NCBI GenBank assembly: GCA_963743255.1
Contig: CAVUPD010000001.1
Span: forward strand, 122,854-186,853
Reading direction: 5' to 3'
DNA: 64,000 nucleotides
Source: an uncultured Chloroflexia bacterium
Lineage (GTDB): Bacteria; Chloroflexota; Anaerolineae; Anaerolineales; E44-bin32
In this document: piece by piece, positions 59,208-64,000 of the stretch
How positions within the stretch are numbered: position 1 is the stretch's first letter
How the letters are laid out: each line of letters opens with the position of its first letter
Translations under genes and position numbers: made by a program
The notes under the pieces: generated by a model
Seen by the model: the letters and a program-made list of their open reading frames with translations, nothing else
Databases searched by the model: none
Told to the model about the DNA's origin: nothing

Positions 59208-59510
59208 CCGTTGGCGGTCCGGATTGATCCCGCCTTGCAGGGCAGCTCAGCCTGCCGCGGCCGCCGCCAGATTGACCGGCCGTGCAGCAACCCAGCTCCA
59301 GCCGGGTACGAGTGCGCCGAGGCGAAGGCTTCGCGGCCGCCGTCCCCTTGCCTGGGCCGCGGTGGTTTACCTCACATCAGCCCGCGCACTGCCGATCCGT
59401 GCGGCAGCCGCCGGTCTTCCTCACCGGCGCTTAAGGCCTGTGCCAATCAATCGGGGTAGACTAGGCGGACATCCGACGCCCCTTGCGGTGGGTGTCGGTC
59501 GAGGTAGGAA

Positions 59511-60092
59511 ATGTACACACAGGGTAGTGTTCCGGCGCGGCCGGGGCTTTCGCTAGCTCTGGCTGCACTTCTAAGTGGCTTTTTGCTCGGTGGCTGCGCT
59601 GCTGGGAAAGACGGCTTGGCCGTTGGTGATGCCGCTCCGGACTTCGAGCTTCCCTCGACGTCCGGCGAACTGGTCGGCCTTTCGGACTATCGGGGTCGGC
59701 CGGTCTTACTCCTCTTCCACATGGCGGTGGGTTGAGCGCCTTGTCTACAGCAGGTGGTCGACCTGCAAACCGATCCGGCGTACCAGGCACTTGGCGTTCC
59801 CGTCGTAAGCATCGCCTTCGACACCCTCGAGGAGCAGTCAGCCGCGGCACAGGAGCTGGGCATCACGGCCTTCCCGATGTTATCCGACGCGGATCATTCG
59901 GTCTCAACCGCGTATCAAGTCCTGCAGTGGGCTGTGGGCACTGGCGAGCCGGGGCATACGTTCATCCTGGTCGGCGCCGACGGCCGCATTGCCTGGCTGC
60001 AGGACTACGGTGCGCCGGACAACCCGAACCGAACGATGTACGTGCCGCTGGCCGAATTGACAGAGAAGGTGGGAGAGGCGGTGGGCAATTAG
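59511..60092 (+). CDS. AhpC/TSA-redoxin-family thiol:disulfide oxidoreductase lipoprotein with in-frame TGA at the CxxC position (candidate selenoprotein, U-A-P-C)
   Basis: Track ORFs 59511..59735 and 59754..60092 share one frame and are split only by TGA 59733-35. Read through: LGGC lipobox...DFELPSTSGELVGLSDYRGRPVLLLFHMAVG-U-APCLQQVVDLQ...GVPVVSIAFD...FPMLSDADHSV. A SECIS-like hairpin lies immediately downstream. Confidence 0.65.
59750..59766 (+). promoter_or_regulatory. SECIS-like hairpin GCAGGU-GGUCG-ACCUGC, 14 nt after the in-frame UGA
   Basis: Perfect 6-bp stem (59750-55 / 59761-66). The apical loop GGUCG starts 20 nt after the UGA. A GGUC-containing loop is also found in the E. coli fdhF SECIS. 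Confidence 0.5.
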
Positions 60093-60216
60093 CTGCTAGC
60101 GACTAGCGACTAGCGGCTGGCAACTGGCGACTAGCGAACAGCGGTCAGCGGGTGGCGATTGGCGGTCAGCGAATCGCGGTCGGCTACTCGTGAAGGGCGA
60201 CTTGAGATTGGCGATT
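60091..60216 (+). repeat. heptanucleotide tandem array (about 18 units, RGCGNNN) starting at the TAG stop of the redoxin gene
   Basis: AGCTGCT AGCGACT AGCGACT AGCGGCT GGCAACT GGCGACT AGCGAAC AGCGGTC AGCGGGT GGCGATT GGCGGTC AGCGAAT CGCGGTC GGCTACT ... GGCGACT ... GGCGATT, all in one 7-nt phase. Confidence 0.75.
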
Positions 60217-60300
60217 GGTGATGGGCATGAATGCGCTGGTGGGAGCACATGGTTGCCAGATGCTATCTGCCAGTTGGCTCCAACTACCCTATCGCGCTTC

Positions 60301-60350
60301 GGTACCTGCAGGCTAGAAGCTAGAAGCTGAAACCTGATAGCTGACAGCTA
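60301..60350 (-). repeat. heptanucleotide tandem array (7 units) starting at the TAG stop of the minus-strand response regulator
   Basis: The minus strand reads T-AGCTGTC AGCTATC AGGTTTC AGCTTCT AGCTTCT AGCCTGC AGGTACC. Confidence 0.65.
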
Positions 60351-60725
60351 GATCGTCTCCCCCATCGCCTGACGGACGGCGCTCAACAGCTCGATCTTGG
60401 TCACCGGCTTGGTCAGGTAGTAGTTGGCGCCGGCCTGCAGCCCGGCCTGGACATCGGCCAGCTGCGACTTGGCCGAGACGACGATGATCGGCAGATCGGC
60501 CATCCCCAACTCGCCCCGCACCTTCTGGCACAATTCCAGCCCCGAGATGCCGGGCAGCATCACATCGACGATCATCACATCCGGCCGTTCCCCCCGCAGC
60601 GCCTCGAGCGCCGTACGCGCGTCGAAGGCCGCCACCGGCCGGTAGCCCTCCAGCTCGAGCATCATCCCAAACAGCTGAGTGTTGCTCATCTCATCGTCGA
60701 CGATCAGCGCGGTCTTGGCTCGCAT
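60348..60725 (-). CDS. single-domain CheY-like response regulator
   Basis: ALIVDDE, acceptor MIVDVMLPGISG, VSAK, and YYLTKPV, in 125 aa. Confidence 0.9.
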   Translation of the reverse strand: MRAKTALIVDDEMSNTQLFGMMLELEGYRPVAAFDARTALEALRGERPDVMIVDVMLPGISGLELCQKVRGELGMADLPIIVVSAKSQLADVQAGLQAGANYYLTKPVTKIELLSAVRQAMGETI

Positions 60726-61012
60726 GTCCCCTCCGGCGCGGGCTGCCTGCCCTGCGTCACGTGCGCTGGACAGTGTCGTCCGTCACGCACCGGCTACAGG
60801 CCGACTCATACTCCGGGTGCACGTTTCGTACCAGGCACAGGCGCCCCAGCATCGATTGGCGTACCTGCAGCTGAAACGCATGCAAGTGCCGGTCTGTGAC
60901 ACACGCGATTTGGCGGACGCCAGCCCCGGCAGGGTCCCGGCATTCTCCCCCGGTCGTGGACTGCGTGCACTTCGGCTGGACAGGCGCTTCCCACCGGCGT
61001 ATAGTCCTCGCC

Positions 61013-62296
61013 GTGCCCGACCTGACCACGGCCATCTTGCCCGTCCTGCGGTCCCAGCGCCTGCCCGATCTCGACCTCGGCGCGGATGCGTTCCACCCGC
61101 ACTATTCCGGCTTGTCGATCCTCAACCTTGCCGCGAGCATCGACCGCTGGCTCAGCCTGCCGCCCGGCCCGCACCCGCCTCTGGCGCTCGAGGCGCTTGA
61201 TCCGATGGCCAAGGACGCGCGGCAGATCGTGGTCTGTCTCCTGGACGCGCTCTCCTTCGCCCGCTTCACGAATTGGCTCGAAGGCCCGGGTCGCGCACTC
61301 CAACCGCTGGTCGCCGACGGCCTACTTGCCCCCCTCACCTCCGTCGTTCCCTCCACGACCGCATCCGCATTGACGACGCTGTGGACCGGACGAAGCCCGG
61401 CCGAGCATGGCATCCTGGGCTACGAGCTGCTGCTGCGTGAGTACGGACTGATCACCAACATGATCACCCTTGCGCCGGCGGCCTTTGACAATCAGCGCGG
61501 CCTGCTCGAGCGCGCCGGCGTGCATCCGCGAACACTCCTTCCCTTCCCGACGCTGGGCACTCGCCTGACTCAGGCCGGGATCGAGGCCCACGCGTTTGTC
61601 GGCAATTCGATCCGCAACTCGGGCCTGACGCGCATGCACTATGCCGACGCCGTGCTGCACGGCTTCGGCTCCCCCGCCGACCTGTGGCACAGCCTGCGCC
61701 AGCTGGTCGAGAGCCCACCGCCCGGCCGGCGGTTTGCCTGGGCTTACTACAGCGGCATTGACGCGCTGTCGCATGTCTACGGCCCGGACTCAGATCAGGT
61801 GCGAGCCGAGTATGAGTTCTTCGTCCGGGCGATGGTGGACCTGTTCGTCCAGCCCCTCGACCGACGCGTGGGGCGCCAGGTGCTGCTGCTCCTGCTCGCC
61901 GATCACGGCCAGGTCGCGACGCCGATCCAGCCGCACTACCAGCTCGCACAACACACCGGCCTCGCCCGCCGGCTGCATCTCTCGCCCACGGGAGAGGCCC
62001 GCCTGCCTTACTTGTACTTGAGGCCGGGACAGGCAGCGGCGGCCGACGAATACATCGGCCGCTCCTGGCCGGGCGGTTTCACACGCCTCAAGTCGGACCA
62101 TGCACTGAGCGCCGGTCTGTTCGGCCCCGGAACTCCGTGCCTCCAGGCCGCCTCCAGGCTGGGCGACGTTGTGCTGATCGCCCACGGCCCCGCGTACCTA
62201 TGGTGGTCCGACAGGCCCGACACGCTGCTCGGCCGACATGGCAGCCTGACGGCCGACGAGATGTTGGTTCCCTTGCTGGCGACGCGGCTGGGATGA
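61013..62296 (+). CDS. alkaline-phosphatase-superfamily protein (nucleotide pyrophosphatase/phosphodiesterase-like)
   Basis: VVCLLDALSF (metal Asp), VVPSTTASALTTLWTG (Thr nucleophile region) and LLLLADHGQV. The start is uncertain, between 60896 and 61013. Confidence 0.75.
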   Translation: MPDLTTAILPVLRSQRLPDLDLGADAFHPHYSGLSILNLAASIDRWLSLPPGPHPPLALEALDPMAKDARQIVVCLLDALSFARFTNWLEGPGRALQPLVADGLLAPLTSVVPSTTASALTTLWTGRSPAEHGILGYELLLREYGLITNMITLAPAAFDNQRGLLERAGVHPRTLLPFPTLGTRLTQAGIEAHAFVGNSIRNSGLTRMHYADAVLHGFGSPADLWHSLRQLVESPPPGRRFAWAYYSGIDALSHVYGPDSDQVRAEYEFFVRAMVDLFVQPLDRRVGRQVLLLLLADHGQVATPIQPHYQLAQHTGLARRLHLSPTGEARLPYLYLRPGQAAAADEYIGRSWPGGFTRLKSDHALSAGLFGPGTPCLQAASRLGDVVLIAHGPAYLWWSDRPDTLLGRHGSLTADEMLVPLLATRLG

Positions 62297-62348
62297 ACGC
62301 GGCGGGAGCAATCGCGCCGTCTCCCCTCGCGTTGCGGAGGTGCTTGCG

Positions 62349-62744
62349 ATGAAGTCCAAGTCGACCTGCCCGAAGTGCGGATCGGTCCGGATCATCCGGA
62401 ACGTTCAGGTGGTCGACCGGTCCGATTCTGGGACACAATCGCTCTCTCTGCGCCGCGGCACGCGCGCCCTGGGCAGGTGGCTCAAGATTCCCCGGAGCTT
62501 CCCCCTCGATGCCTGGACGTGCGGCGCCTGCGGCTTCACCGAGCTGTACGTCCGCGAGCCTGCCGAACTGCTGGCGGCGGACGGATGCGCCTCCGGCGCA
62601 CCGGCCGGAGCCGGCGGATCGCCTTCCGGCGCCGCAGCCTCACCGACCGATCAGGCGCGGACGGTACTCGTCCTGGCGCTGCTGGCCGGACTGGTCATCG
62701 CACTCGGCGTGTTGGCTGCTCTGGCAGTCGCGCTCGCCCGCTAA
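62349..62744 (+). CDS. small zinc-ribbon protein with C-terminal TM helix
   Basis: CPKCGS...CGACGF is a four-Cys ribbon, followed by a Gly/Ala/Pro linker and the TM helix VLVLALLAGLVIALGVLAALAVALA. Confidence 0.6.
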   Translation: MKSKSTCPKCGSVRIIRNVQVVDRSDSGTQSLSLRRGTRALGRWLKIPRSFPLDAWTCGACGFTELYVREPAELLAADGCASGAPAGAGGSPSGAAASPTDQARTVLVLALLAGLVIALGVLAALAVALAR

Positions 62745-62773
62745 GGTAGCGCCCGTACAACTACCCAAGAACA

Positions 62774-62800
62774 AAGCCTCCCGCCGGTGGCGGGAGGCTT
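62774..62800. terminator. bidirectional intrinsic terminator between convergent genes
   Basis: 12-bp perfect stem AAGCCTCCCGCC / GGCGGGAGGCTT with loop GGT. A T-rich run follows on the minus strand (TTTGTTCTT) and CTTCATC follows on the plus strand. Confidence 0.7.
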
Positions 62801-62822
62801 CTTCATCGTCTGGGTTGCTGTC

Positions 62823-63849
62823 TTAGGGCTGCGCGCCAGGGGTCAGGCTTGGCAACGGCAGCAGGAACGGGTTGTCATTCGGGACCAGCATCACCTGGAT
62901 GCCGGGGCCCAGCTTCTGCACGTACTGGTATGTGATCAAGTCAGGGTTCCCGGCCAGGGCGGCGGCGATCAGCTCGAGCGCCTTGGCCTCGGCCTGGGCA
63001 TTGATCAACCGCGCCTCGGCGTCGCCCTTGGAGGCGATGACGCGGGCGTCGGCCGCGCCCTGGGCCGTCTGGCGCGCCTGCTCGGCTTCCTGCCTGCGCT
63101 GCTCGACGACGAAAGCCGATTGCTTGGCCTGCTGCTCGGCGATCTGCTTCTGCTCGATCGAAGCGGCGAACTCCGGTGAGAAAGTGATGTTGCGCAGGAT
63201 GAACTCGTCCAAGACGAGCCCGTTCGCCTCAAGTTTTGCCCGCAGCGTGTCCGTGATACCGTTGATCATGTCGGCGCGCTTCTCGGTGACGATCTGCTCG
63301 GCCGTGTAAGCGGCTGCTCCGTCACGGATGATGCCCCGCGTGAGCGGCCGCACCAGGTCGGCTGAGTAGCGGTCTTGCCAGGCGATGTGCACGTTGACGA
63401 CCTCGCCCGGCTTGATCGAGTAGATGACCGAGGCGTCGATCTTGACCTGCTGGCCGTCGGAGGTTCGCGTGTCAACCAAGTCATCCCCTGCTACCTGTCC
63501 CTCCGAAGGAGCAATGGACATGGTGTAGGTCTGCCGGGAGATCGGGTAGCGGACCACATTCTCGGCAAACGGAATGATCCAGTGCAGGCCCGGTTGGAGT
63601 GCTTCCAGGCGATAGCCTTCCGGGGCTACGGCCGAGATCACAACGCCGCGGTCCTCAGGCTGGATGAAGACCAGGCCGGCGCTCACGCCGGTCAGGACAA
63701 GTGCCGAGACGACACCGACGGCGACCAGCGTCCCGGCGGCCTTGAAGGGCTGGTTGCGGGACGCGCCGAAACACCGCCAGGCCAATCACCAAGAATGCCA
63801 GCACCCATGCTAGGCTGGATGCCGCACGGAGCAAATCAGCGACGTTCAT
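62823..63849 (-). CDS. SPFH/band-7 (prohibitin/HflK-C-like) membrane protein, one apparent frameshift near 63765
   Basis: Strong RBS AGGAGG plus ATG 63849-47, giving MNVADLLRAASSLAWVLAFLVIGLAVF (ORF 63655..63849). The body lies in ORF 62823..63785 (LHWIIPFAENVVRYPISRQTYTM...ILRNITFSPEFAASIEQKQIAEQQA). Confidence 0.85.
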
Positions 63850-64000
63850 GCAATCCTCCTGGATTGTCCACCACGGAATGAGGATGGAGCCATGCCGATT
63901 CTACCATCCCCTTCCTGCCATTCGCCGACGCCGGGCTGACAATGCCCGGCCTTCCACCAGCTGCTGACGCATGCTAGCATCCGGCCATGCGTCGGACGCT

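Noticed and set aside
59131-60350. Heptamer arrays considered as a CRISPR array
   Set aside because: The unit is only 7 nt with no spacers, and there are no cas genes. These are simple tandem repeats.
63987-64000. ATG-initiated ORF at the right window edge
   Set aside because: Only 14 nt are visible, so it cannot be supported.

Overview
This is a 64-kb, strongly GC-rich bacterial chromosomal segment. Gene content and repeat style suggest a Chloroflexota-like organism, but that is a low-confidence inference. I recognised no rRNA, tRNA or CRISPR array.

Layout:
- 1-27 kb, mostly housekeeping: a LysM protein, an esterase lipoprotein, miaB, two NBR1-like-domain envelope proteins, a LysE exporter, a receiver-domain protein with a degenerate IS200-TnpA-like C-terminus, polA, a TPR protein, cdaA-cdaR, der, an IS3-family element inserted in a cluster of REP-like hairpin repeats, lepB, a YgiT-type zinc-finger protein, a REC-GAF-HATPase protein, comEC, and an OmpR-type RR / HK / SIMPL operon.
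- 27.7-55.3 kb, a dense accessory catabolic island: family III CoA-transferase, amidase, FdrA-like + DUF1116, three cyclase/formamidase-fold domains, an NmrA-like protein, a DinB-like protein, two complete molybdenum-hydroxylase sets (one with CoxG) flanking a BMP-family ABC importer, a GNAT-like protein, and a Cys-less thiolase-fold protein + DUF35. This enzyme combination matches no characterised pathway I know. It is my best candidate for an undescribed system, probably N-heterocycle (purine/pyrimidine-like) degradation.
- 55.7-64 kb: an MA-clan metallopeptidase, a family-5 binding protein, a candidate selenocysteine (UxxC) redoxin lipoprotein with a SECIS-like hairpin, a CheY-like regulator, an alkaline-phosphatase-family protein, a Zn-ribbon membrane protein and an SPFH protein.

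Other notable items are phase-coherent heptanucleotide tandem arrays that start at the TAG stop codons of three genes, and candidate leaderless promoters.

Technical caveat: about two dozen genes or gene parts, including four sites in polA, can only be reconstructed by switching reading frame. I interpret this mainly as indel errors in the assembly, so all affected coordinates are reconstructions.
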